DNA of 53,817 nt from Candidatus Aenigmatarchaeota archaeon. GTDB lineage: Archaea; Aenigmatarchaeota; Aenigmatarchaeia; CG10238-14; SCSR01. The notes under the pieces are model-generated. The model had not been told where the DNA came from and did not search any database. It saw nothing but the letters and a program-made list of their open reading frames with translations. The number at the start of each line of letters is the position of its first letter. Positions within the stretch are counted from its first letter, which is position 1. This document shows, one piece after another, positions 18,200 through 26,419 of this stretch. The translations under genes were made by a program, and so were the position numbers. Where the stretch lies: positions 1 to 53,817 of the forward strand of contig JASEGQ010000001.1 in NCBI GenBank assembly GCA_030017875.1, read 5' to 3'.

Positions 18200-18465
18200 G
18201 AGTTCATGCTTTTGTCTCTGGTCTTGTACAAGGAGTTAATTTCAGATACTACACAAAACAGTTAGCTGACAAGCTAGGATTAAAAGGATGGGTTAAGAAT
18301 TTGCCAGACGGAAGAGTTGAGGTTGTTGCAGAAGGCGATGAACTAGAAATTAATGAGCTAATAAAATTTTTGAAAAAAGGGCCGAGAGGAGCAAAAGTTC
18401 TGAATTTTGAAATAGAGAAAGAAGAATACCAAGGTGAGTTCAAGTATTTTGACATTGTTTACTAG
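18187..18465 (+). CDS. acyP: Acylphosphatase
   Basis: 92 aa with VSGLVQGVNFRYYT and GWVKNLPDGRVEV signatures. Overlaps the pgk 3' end by 13 nt. Confidence 0.85.
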   Translation: MEKVRVHAFVSGLVQGVNFRYYTKQLADKLGLKGWVKNLPDGRVEVVAEGDELEINELIKFLKKGPRGAKVLNFEIEKEEYQGEFKYFDIVY

Positions 18466-18466
18466 C

Positions 18467-18703
18467 TTACAAGTTTTTAAGCAGCTCTAACATTATCTTG
18501 TTTCTCAGCTCAGGGTCTTTTAGAGCTTGCTCAACGATCATCTTCTTAAGTTTTTCTTTATCTATAGAACCCATTAGCATCTCGCTGAGTTTTTCTGCAG
18601 CCTCTGAGCTTGTCTTTGCAGCCTCTATCATAGAGCTAACAACCTTTTCATCTATTTTCTCTTCTTCCTTTTTCTCAGGTATTCCCAATTTTATTTCTGG
18701 CAT
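18467..18703 (-). CDS. Hypothetical acidic helical protein
   Basis: 78-aa ORF predicted to be all-helical. I recognise no family. Coding status rests only on ORF length in an otherwise empty interval. Confidence 0.35.
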   Translation of the reverse strand: MPEIKLGIPEKKEEEKIDEKVVSSMIEAAKTSSEAAEKLSEMLMGSIDKEKLKKMIVEQALKDPELRNKIMLELLKNL

Positions 18704-19039
18704 GATTTTCCCTATTCTTAACTGAATAGTAAAAGATTTATTCTTTTTATAAAAATGGACGATAAAGATTTAAGTATATGTGATACAAGGGGTGGATTTG
18801 AAACCATGCCTATTTATAGAGCATCCAACAAATTCTTAAATCTTTAATCATCCCTCTATTATTTGAGTTGAAATGACGTTAGCACATAAAAATATCTTGG
18901 TGAAATTCATATTGTCTAATGCCAAGAATAGCGATGAATTTTTCGGCGAACTGATGAAATTTCTGCATAGAAATCAAAGCAAGAGAGACCTAATCCTAGC
19001 TATCTTTAAGAGAATCCTTATTGAGGAGAGTAAAAAAAT

Positions 19040-19714
19040 CTATTCCTGAATTGCTTTCGCAAATTCAATCAAAACTTTTTTTGGATTTGTAGCTTTTACT
19101 ATGCTTGAAGCAACTAACACCCCTTTGGTTCCTAGTTCTATTGCCCTCTTAACATCTTCCCCTGAAGTAATCCCAGCTCCACACAAAACTTTAACTTCAG
19201 GATTAATTCTAGAAATAGTTTTAACAAAATTTCTTACACTATTCGGTTTTACTTTTGATATAGCTTCTCCTGTTCCAATAAGCAGCGGGTCTTCATAAGC
19301 TATGAAATCAGGGTCAAACCTTGCAATATTTCTACCTTTCATCAAACTATCAGAACAAACAACAGAAATCAAATCGTATTTTTTTGCAATTTCAGTACAC
19401 TTTTTTATTTCTTTTAAAGATAACCTTCTTTCAGAGTGATTGATCAGAGTCCCTGCAGCTCCCGATCCTTTTATTGCCAAAGCTGAGATATGGCCTGTAA
19501 AAGCTCCAGGTTCTTGGTAATCTATATGCTGTGCGAAGATCGGAATTTTTACTTTACTTGAAATGAGTCGAATGTCCGTAAACTGAGGTGCTATAGCTAT
19601 ATTTACATTGAATTTTTTTGACACAACCTCGCAGATTTTTGCCAGCTTTAAGGCCCCTTTACCTGTTCCTTCAACATAAGTCTTAAAATTTACGAGTATT
19701 AAAGGAAGTTCCAT
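19040..19714 (-). CDS. tpiA: Triosephosphate isomerase (archaeal short form)
   Basis: ILVNFKTY, INHSERR and CGAGI motifs, 224 aa. Confidence 0.88.
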   Translation of the reverse strand: MELPLILVNFKTYVEGTGKGALKLAKICEVVSKKFNVNIAIAPQFTDIRLISSKVKIPIFAQHIDYQEPGAFTGHISALAIKGSGAAGTLINHSERRLSLKEIKKCTEIAKKYDLISVVCSDSLMKGRNIARFDPDFIAYEDPLLIGTGEAISKVKPNSVRNFVKTISRINPEVKVLCGAGITSGEDVKRAIELGTKGVLVASSIVKATNPKKVLIEFAKAIQE

Positions 19715-19746
19715 AAATTAATTTAATAAAAAACGAAATAAATAAT

Positions 19747-20850
19747 ATGGCAGAAAAGATTACCATTTCATTGATTAAAGCTGATATAGGTTCTTATCCT
19801 GGCCATGGAAGAGTTCATCCAGATTTGATAAAAACCGCTAAAGAATGCTTGCAAAGAGCAAAAGATGAAAATTTGTTAATAGATTTCTTTGTTACTAACT
19901 GTGGAGATGATCTTTGTCTACTTCTTTCACATAAAAAGTTTATTGAAAATCCAGAAATTCACAAGCTAGCCTTCGACACTTTTATGAAATGTACAGAAGT
20001 TGCTAAAGGTATGAAACTTTATGGAGCGGGGCAAGACCTGATCTCCACAGCGTTCTCAGGCAATATTAGAGGGATGGGTCCCGGAGTAGCTGAGATGAGC
20101 TTTTTTGAGAGAGAATCGGAACCGCTAGTAGTTTTTTTATCTGATAAAGCGGAAGCAGGTATGTGGAATTTATACTTATTTAAGATTTTCGCCGATCCCT
20201 TTACAACTCCTGGCTTGATAATAGATCCAAAATTACATGATGGATTCAGTTTCGAAGTTCATGATGTAATCGAACACAAAAAAATTATATTTAAATGCCC
20301 CAATGAAATGTACGATCTTTTAGTTTTTATAGGCGCCCCATCAAAATATTGCATTAAAAGTGTTGTAAGAAATTCTGACAATGAAATAGCTGCTGTTACA
20401 TCAGTTGAGAAATTAAGTTTAACAGCAGGTGGTTATCGAGGGAAGGATGACTCTGTAATGATGGTAAGGAGCCAAAGTGGCTTTCCAGCTGTAGGTGAAA
20501 TTTTAGAACCTTTTGCCTTTCCTGCTTTGATTGCTGGAGGAATGAGAGGATCGCATCATGTCCCAGTTATGGCGGTTAGTTTAAAGGACGCTCATCCAAC
20601 AAGATTCGATTCTCCTGCTAGAGTAGTTGCTCTTGGCTTTCAACTTAATGGTGGTAATTTCATTGGTCCTATCGATCTTTTCGACGATCCTGCTTTCGAT
20701 TTAGCTAGACAAAAATGTAATGAAGTTATGGATTATATCAGGAAACACGGTCCTTTTGAACCCCATCGTTTACCATTGTCCGAGATGGAATATACAACTC
20801 TTCCGTATGTAATGAGAAAACTTAAAAATAGGTTTCAATCCTTAAAATAG
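19747..20850 (+). CDS. fbp: Fructose-1,6-bisphosphate aldolase/phosphatase (class V FBPase)
   Basis: The N-terminal ITISLIKADIGSYPGHGRVHP and about 367 aa length are characteristic of the archaeal bifunctional FBPA/P. Confidence 0.9.
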   Translation: MAEKITISLIKADIGSYPGHGRVHPDLIKTAKECLQRAKDENLLIDFFVTNCGDDLCLLLSHKKFIENPEIHKLAFDTFMKCTEVAKGMKLYGAGQDLISTAFSGNIRGMGPGVAEMSFFERESEPLVVFLSDKAEAGMWNLYLFKIFADPFTTPGLIIDPKLHDGFSFEVHDVIEHKKIIFKCPNEMYDLLVFIGAPSKYCIKSVVRNSDNEIAAVTSVEKLSLTAGGYRGKDDSVMMVRSQSGFPAVGEILEPFAFPALIAGGMRGSHHVPVMAVSLKDAHPTRFDSPARVVALGFQLNGGNFIGPIDLFDDPAFDLARQKCNEVMDYIRKHGPFEPHRLPLSEMEYTTLPYVMRKLKNRFQSLK

Positions 20851-20857
20851 TTCTTAT

Positions 20858-21892
20858 TTATTTCCTTTTGATCCATTTTCTTCCAACTTTTTGATACATA
20901 GCTAACCATTTGTGAATTGCTTCCTGTCCACGCCCATATTTTTGTTTCACTTTTATAGCATCTATAAGCTTTTCTTGTTTACGCTTTATGCTGAAACCTA
21001 TATTTCTTGCAAATTTTATTGTATCGGGAAACCTATCGATAGTTAGTCTCCAAGCATCTTTTGTAGTCCTAGTTATATGCCCTTTAGATATACGGACAGT
21101 ACCTGCTCTAACATTTATTGGTATGTTGCTTTTTATGTTAAAATGATTTTTTAATAAGTTTTGTACATATTTTAAAATTGCACGATTAGTATTACACGCA
21201 ACAATGACCCTTACATCAAAACGACCCCTTCCCCTATCTTTGTAAATGGTTACATTAGGTGAACCTTCGCTATCTGCAAAACCTTGAATGAACTCCTTAG
21301 GAAAATTTTCTATAAATAGCCTTAAATAACTAAGCTGTTTTTTCAGAAAATTACAGAGAAGTTTACATCCAATCCAAACATAAGGCAGTCCATTTGACTC
21401 ACGAATTGGGCAAGTTTTCTCCAAAATCTTTGTCATACAATGAGCGAATTTTTCAACAAACTCCCTATCAATTGAAGTTAAGTGAATGTATCCTGTTTTA
21501 GTAGCACTCCCATCTCCAAATGCCACTCCGATAACATAGCTAATCTCCTTACTTATTTTTGGTGTAAAGAGAGTAAAATGAGAGGATGGATTAACTCCTT
21601 TGTGAATCCAATTTTCAACTGTGTTAGGATTTAGGTTTAATGCTTTTCCTATACGTACTTTGCCCCAAGCAAATTTTTGATGAAGTCGCAAGGCTTTTCT
21701 GTGCAAATTTATTCGTTCTTGGATTGGTATGTCTCTTGATTTTCTAGTAGGATATCCATTTATATCTTTTGCAGTTTTTTGTGAGTCCAATCCCAATTCC
21801 TTATGAAATTTCATAGCTTTCTTGTGTATTTGTATTCTTTTCTCTAAAGACAACTCACGAAGTTTTTGAATTTTTACTTCTTTCTTTTTCAT
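20858..21892 (-). CDS. Free-standing double-motif LAGLIDADG protein fused to N-terminal helix-turn-helix repeats
   Basis: Two LAGLIDADG motifs with acidic residues retained (YVIGVAFGDGSA, FIQGFADSEGSP). The N-terminal about 110 aa hold repeated RIxxHxKAxxxH units and the HTH IGKALNLNPNTVENWIHKG. ATG 21892 follows GGTGA, and GTG 21901 is an alternative. Confidence 0.8.
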   Translation of the reverse strand: MKKKEVKIQKLRELSLEKRIQIHKKAMKFHKELGLDSQKTAKDINGYPTRKSRDIPIQERINLHRKALRLHQKFAWGKVRIGKALNLNPNTVENWIHKGVNPSSHFTLFTPKISKEISYVIGVAFGDGSATKTGYIHLTSIDREFVEKFAHCMTKILEKTCPIRESNGLPYVWIGCKLLCNFLKKQLSYLRLFIENFPKEFIQGFADSEGSPNVTIYKDRGRGRFDVRVIVACNTNRAILKYVQNLLKNHFNIKSNIPINVRAGTVRISKGHITRTTKDAWRLTIDRFPDTIKFARNIGFSIKRKQEKLIDAIKVKQKYGRGQEAIHKWLAMYQKVGRKWIKRK

Positions 21893-21934
21893 TTTCACCA
21901 CTTTTTTATTTTGTAGACAATTGTGTTATGATGC

Positions 21935-21942
21935 TATTTAAA
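21935..21942 (-). promoter_or_regulatory. TATA-box candidate (TTTAAATA on minus strand) for the LAGLIDADG gene
   Basis: An AT-rich octamer about 40 nt upstream of ATG 21892, immediately downstream of the shared motif. Confidence 0.4.
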
Positions 21943-21948
21943 AGCCTA

Positions 21949-21976
21949 TGGGAGTACCGTTCCGATGAATTCACAT
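21949..21976. promoter_or_regulatory. Operator-like motif shared with 41781..41818
   Basis: The plus strand reads TGGGAGTACCGTTCCGATGAATTCACAT. The other copy reads TGGGAGTGCACTTCCGATGGTTCCGATGAAACATTCAT. Both lie just 5' of the TATA candidates of the two LAGLIDADG loci. Confidence 0.45.
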
Positions 21977-22084
21977 GAAAAGGCAAAATAGAACTCCTTC
22001 ATGCTAAATAAGCCAAAATAGACAGATCTGACCTAAAAACCTCTAAAATCGAAGATCTGAGCGAGAAAGGCTATTTTAAATAGA

Positions 22085-23338
22085 TTACAGCTTCTTCCCT
22101 TTTGTCAGTTCAGTGATAACTCTTGCCTTCAAATCAGAAATTATTTCCATGAAATTTGCAAATCCATCTTGAGGTGTAGGAAAGCAGGAAAAGTATTTAT
22201 GCACATCGCCATCGTTCCACCACTTTGTGCAGATGTAATACAAATGATCGCTTATCTGTAGTAATCTCCAAATTTTTGTCAGGTCTTTGTTGTCTAGTCT
22301 TTTAACAATCTGCTCGAGATTTTTCAATTCTTCGAAACAAACTTGTTGCATCCTGTTACCAAGCCATGCAGAAACGTCACGCTCCATATCAGCCCAAGAT
22401 ACTGTTGATAGTTCAAAAACATCTATTTCACCTACAGGTTCATGTTTTTTAACAACCTCTGAAGGAATTGAGAATTCTAAGTTTTCATACTTCAATATCT
22501 CAAATGGCAAAGCTTTTAAGAACCAGAAAATTCCTGATTCTTGCCATTGGTGCTCACCAAAAGTTTCATAATCCATGAACAAATTAATGCAGTGGCCAGG
22601 AGTTGCGGCTAACCATGCTGCAAACTTATCTGCAGTTAATGGCCACTCATCCCAGTCCTTTGCTGAAAACCTATAGCCAATATCATCGCTCAGCCTGTAA
22701 TTTCTCAGAAGAACTTTAATTCTTTTCTCTGGTCTAGGATCGCCTGGAAAGCAGAACTTTCTCAAATAAACATAATTTGGGCTTCTCCAACCAAGAATTC
22801 TTTCTGTTCCTTCTGTAAAAATAGCTTCAAATCCCAAATCTTCGACAATCTTTGCAATCAGGTTGTTATAAATCATCTCTGTATTAACAAAAACTCTAGG
22901 CTTGAAGTTCAGCAAATCTTTAATTGCTTGTTTATGCATGTTGACTTGCTCAATAAATTCACCCTTATGCTCAAACAAGCTAGACAAAGAGTGATAATAA
23001 GTTTCTCCTAAGAATTCAACACACTTAGTTTCTGCTAATTGCTTAAAGCTTTCTAGTAAGTCTTTGTTAAACATCTCGCAAAGCTCGAGAAAAACTCCAC
23101 TAATTGAGTAAGAAACCTTAAGCCTCCTTTTTTCATGTTTAAGTTGATCTATTAGCTCTAAGATTATTTTGTTAGTCGGGAAATAGCATCTGTTAGCTAC
23201 CCTATCGAAAACCAATTTGTCCAAGCCGTGATTAAAATAATGGGAAAAAATGTCTTGGTTACTTATATTACCGTTTGGTTGAAAGGCTGCTAACCTAAAA
23301 GGCTGATGAACTTGAAAGTTAAGACTTATCGAAGCCAT
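22085..23338 (-). CDS. Glycoside hydrolase family 57 enzyme (alpha-amylase-like)
   Basis: The N-terminal SLNFQVHQPFRL (GH57 region 1), an NTEM-type region and 417 aa. Confidence 0.8.
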   Translation of the reverse strand: MASISLNFQVHQPFRLAAFQPNGNISNQDIFSHYFNHGLDKLVFDRVANRCYFPTNKIILELIDQLKHEKRRLKVSYSISGVFLELCEMFNKDLLESFKQLAETKCVEFLGETYYHSLSSLFEHKGEFIEQVNMHKQAIKDLLNFKPRVFVNTEMIYNNLIAKIVEDLGFEAIFTEGTERILGWRSPNYVYLRKFCFPGDPRPEKRIKVLLRNYRLSDDIGYRFSAKDWDEWPLTADKFAAWLAATPGHCINLFMDYETFGEHQWQESGIFWFLKALPFEILKYENLEFSIPSEVVKKHEPVGEIDVFELSTVSWADMERDVSAWLGNRMQQVCFEELKNLEQIVKRLDNKDLTKIWRLLQISDHLYYICTKWWNDGDVHKYFSCFPTPQDGFANFMEIISDLKARVITELTKGKKL

Positions 23339-23399
23339 TCTATTCTATTTAGTAATCAGCTTAAATAAAGTTAATGATTTTGGATACCAATAAAAATAT

Positions 23400-25412
23400 A
23401 TGAGTATAATACTAGCAAAAGAACTTTCTCAACACTCTTACATTCTATCAGGAAAAAAGTCTTTCTTTTATCGCTATTGTGATACAGGATTTAAAACAAA
23501 GTGGACAGGTTTGTGGCAAGGCTCAAAAAAATTCTTGGAGTATTTTGCATTTAAAATAAACGATAAATGGCTATCTCCTTCGAGCTGCCATGCTTTTGAA
23601 TTGAGCGAAATTGATGCAAGCCATCACTTTTCGGTAGATAATCTAAACATAAAAGAATTTCTTTTGGTCCCTGAATTTTTTCCATCTTTAATCTGTTTAT
23701 TATCTGTTCAAAACTCTTCAAACGAGCAAGAGAAAGTCAAGCTTGAGTTGGAAGTTGCGGCAAATATAAGAGAAAGAGAAGAGAATTGGCATGACAGAGA
23801 ATACGAGGCAAAGACTCGAGAAAAGAAGGTTATAATAAATTCTCCTAAAGGTTCAATAGTTTTCGGAAGCTCCCCTCCTGGTGATTTGCTACTAAAGCAG
23901 TATTACAAAGACCATCATCCTTCTGGTGAGGAGCAAAGGTGTTTTATTCCAGGTATTTATTCTTTAGGCTTTGCCTTAGAGCCAAGATCAACAAAAGAAG
24001 TCCTGTTCATTTTTTCTTTGGGTAAAGACGAAAATGAGGCTTTTTCAAACTTGGAAAAAATCAAAAGCTCTATATTTTCTATGTTCTTGGAAAAGGAAAG
24101 GAGTTATCAGAAGCTTTTGTTTAACAGCAGGCTAGAAACTAGTATGAATGAGATAAATGAGCTCTTTAAATGGAGTGTTGTTGACCTGGAAAAGCTCTCT
24201 TTTGATTCAGAGCTTGGCTATGGCTATTTTGCTGGCTTTCCTTGGTTCACTCAATTCTGGGGTAGAGACTTGGCTTGGACCATTCCTGCTGTTGTTGACA
24301 TAGGAAATTTTGAGGCCGCCAGGAACTCTTTGAAAACGTTGGCAAAATTCCAGTCAAACGAAGGGGAGATCCCAAATGTTGTTTATTTGAGTGGCCATAG
24401 GGATTATGAATCAATAGATGCAACTCCTCTTTGGATAATTGCTCTGTATCATTATTTGATAAACTCTGGCGATGTTTCTTTTTTGAAAGAGATCAAAGAA
24501 AACTTTTTCAAGGCTTTGGATTGGCTCAAACAAAAGGATTCAGACAAAGATGGGTTTATAGAGCACGGAGATAGGGAAACGTGGATGGACACTTTAGATA
24601 GAGGGATTAAAGCAGTAGAAGCCCAGGCATTTTTAATAACAGCGCTTAAGCTCGGAGCTAGCCTAGTAAAAATACTTTGGAACAATGGTAGAGAAATAAA
24701 AGAGGAAGCAGCAAGGATCGAGCAAAAGTTTGAAAAAGAGTTTTGGAATAAGGAAGATAATTTCTATTTTGACAGAATTAGTTTAAATAGCAGAGACAAA
24801 ACAAAGACAATAAACTCTATCTTTCCGTTGATACTTGGAATTTCTCAGAATCCAAAAAAAGTTTTGGAGAGAATAGAGAGTGAAGAGTTCACCTCTCAAT
24901 TCGGAGTGAGAGCAATATCTAAAAACGAATTAAAATACGATCCTGCAGGCTATCACACCGGCAGCGCTTGGGGTTGGCTCACAGCCTTAGTAGCTTGTGC
25001 AGAGTTTAAGAATAAAAGGCCTGAAAGAGGTTTAGAGTACTTGAAAATTCTTTACAATAATTTGAATCAGAATTGTGTCGGAGCAATAGGGGAAGCATGG
25101 AATTCTGAAAATAACGATGTGATGCTTTCAAAGGAATTCTGTCAAGAGCCAGGAGCTTGTCTGCAAGCCTGGAGCTCTGCTTTAATTGTCCGTTGCATAG
25201 ACGAATTCATGCTTGGTATGCGAATAAATGCTTTAAACGGCACGATAACACTCTCGCCTTCTTTGCCATCAGGATTTAGGGTAATAAGGAGAAAGAGGAT
25301 AGGGAATGACTTTGTAGATTTTCTTATTCAGAGAATAGGAAGTAAATTGAACGTGAAATACAATAGTGAGAATCAAAGAGAGTACAGGATAGTTCTTTCT
25401 CCGAACTTCTGA
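23400..25412 (+). CDS. Amylo-alpha-1,6-glucosidase / glycogen debranching enzyme (GDE C-domain family)
   Basis: YFAGFPWFTQFWGRDLAWT and HTGSAWGWL motifs are typical of the archaeal GDE_C (alpha/alpha)6 barrel. Confidence 0.8.
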   Translation: MSIILAKELSQHSYILSGKKSFFYRYCDTGFKTKWTGLWQGSKKFLEYFAFKINDKWLSPSSCHAFELSEIDASHHFSVDNLNIKEFLLVPEFFPSLICLLSVQNSSNEQEKVKLELEVAANIREREENWHDREYEAKTREKKVIINSPKGSIVFGSSPPGDLLLKQYYKDHHPSGEEQRCFIPGIYSLGFALEPRSTKEVLFIFSLGKDENEAFSNLEKIKSSIFSMFLEKERSYQKLLFNSRLETSMNEINELFKWSVVDLEKLSFDSELGYGYFAGFPWFTQFWGRDLAWTIPAVVDIGNFEAARNSLKTLAKFQSNEGEIPNVVYLSGHRDYESIDATPLWIIALYHYLINSGDVSFLKEIKENFFKALDWLKQKDSDKDGFIEHGDRETWMDTLDRGIKAVEAQAFLITALKLGASLVKILWNNGREIKEEAARIEQKFEKEFWNKEDNFYFDRISLNSRDKTKTINSIFPLILGISQNPKKVLERIESEEFTSQFGVRAISKNELKYDPAGYHTGSAWGWLTALVACAEFKNKRPERGLEYLKILYNNLNQNCVGAIGEAWNSENNDVMLSKEFCQEPGACLQAWSSALIVRCIDEFMLGMRINALNGTITLSPSLPSGFRVIRRKRIGNDFVDFLIQRIGSKLNVKYNSENQREYRIVLSPNF

Positions 25413-25413
25413 C

Positions 25414-25620
25414 TTATTCTGTCAGTTTGAATAGCGTGCCCCTTTTGCCGTTTATTATACATATCTTTCCTTCTCTTCCTAGCCAGCCTAGAGCACCGAA
25501 GACCTCGTTAAGCTTGAGCTGAGTTTCCTTTGCTATAGCATTTGCTGACAAAGATCCCTTTGTTTTTAAAGCACTCCAAACTTTGCCAGCGTTCACACCA
25601 AAAACTTCTTCAGGTTTCAT
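25414..25620 (-). CDS. Small winged-helix DNA-binding protein (DUF2582-like)
   Basis: 68 aa. NAGKVWSALKTKGSLSANAIAKETQLKLNEVFGALGWLGREGKI has a wHTH pattern. Confidence 0.55.
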   Translation of the reverse strand: MKPEEVFGVNAGKVWSALKTKGSLSANAIAKETQLKLNEVFGALGWLGREGKICIINGKRGTLFKLTE

Positions 25621-25630
25621 ATTATCAACT

Positions 25631-26377
25631 TCATCTTCCTATAAAATAAATCTTTTTATATTTTTCTGGATTTTCTAGAATATCTTTTAATTTTTCTGGA
25701 TTTCTTTCAAGAAGTTTTATAGGATTTACTCTTGTTTTAACTTTTTCAATTAGCTCGTATCTACTGTTTTTAAATTTTGGATTTTTCACGATTTTCGTTC
25801 TATTTTTGCAACGAAATACATGAAAAGGAAATCCCCTATTTTTAATTATCTTATAATCATGCCCAGCTAATTCTGGGTAGAATGTGGCAAATAAAACATC
25901 CTTTTTGTCGCATGCAGTTCTGTGCAAGAATTTAGGGTGTATAAACAGGTAGTCAGCCTCTTTCAGATGTAGTATAAAAGTTTCATACGTTTTCTTATCA
26001 CTTAAAATAAGGAAGCAACTGTTTTTTAAAACAAAATAAGCTTCGCCGCATTCGGTCTCATGCGCATGTCCATATGTTGAAAATAGTTCCCCCTCATTTG
26101 AAGTAGAAAATACACCAAAGTTTAGAAGCGTTAAATCTGATGCAATTTTAGTTTTTTTAAAAATTTCTTTAAATCTATCGATGCTTTTCCATAAATTATA
26201 TTGTTCATAAACTACTGGCTCGCGTTTAGTTTCTATCATTTTCTTAGCATTTTTCAAGTCAAGAACCACTTTATCTTCAACCATTTCAGAAGCAAGTCTT
26301 TTCCAACCTACGACCTTTTGTTTGAAATTTACAGTTAACTCACCATTAGATTCTTTCAATGCATATCCGAAATCCAT
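25631..26377 (-). CDS. Cupin-fold sugar-phosphate isomerase, cPGI-like (possible glucose-6-phosphate isomerase)
   Basis: ELFSTYGHAHETECGEAYFV approximates the cupin PGI signature TxGHxH...ExY. The second motif (IHPKFLH) matches only partly, and the protein is longer than characterised cPGIs. Confidence 0.5.
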   Translation of the reverse strand: MDFGYALKESNGELTVNFKQKVVGWKRLASEMVEDKVVLDLKNAKKMIETKREPVVYEQYNLWKSIDRFKEIFKKTKIASDLTLLNFGVFSTSNEGELFSTYGHAHETECGEAYFVLKNSCFLILSDKKTYETFILHLKEADYLFIHPKFLHRTACDKKDVLFATFYPELAGHDYKIIKNRGFPFHVFRCKNRTKIVKNPKFKNSRYELIEKVKTRVNPIKLLERNPEKLKDILENPEKYKKIYFIGR

Positions 26378-26419
26378 CTTTCCACTATTTTAAAATTCTC
26401 AGGAGCTAAAATAAAACAT

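Noticed and set aside
18785-18815. T-arm-like string GGTGGATTTGAAACCATGCC that looked like a tRNA fragment
   Set aside because: The putative T stem does not pair, and no acceptor, D or anticodon arms can be built on either strand.
18873-19049. 58-aa plus-strand ORF (MTLAHKNILVKFILSNAKNSDEFFGELMKFLHRNQSKRDLILAIFKRILIEESKKIYS) in the 340-nt gap between the 78-aa hypothetical and tpiA
   Set aside because: I recognise no family, and it overlaps the tpiA 3' end. The only support is that it is an open frame in an otherwise empty spacer, so it is not reported as a feature.
22024-22060. Two direct copies of AGATCTGA (22024-22031 and 22053-22060) downstream of GH57
   Set aside because: Two 8-mers around a palindromic AGATCT core could arise by chance. 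No further copies or associated structure were seen.
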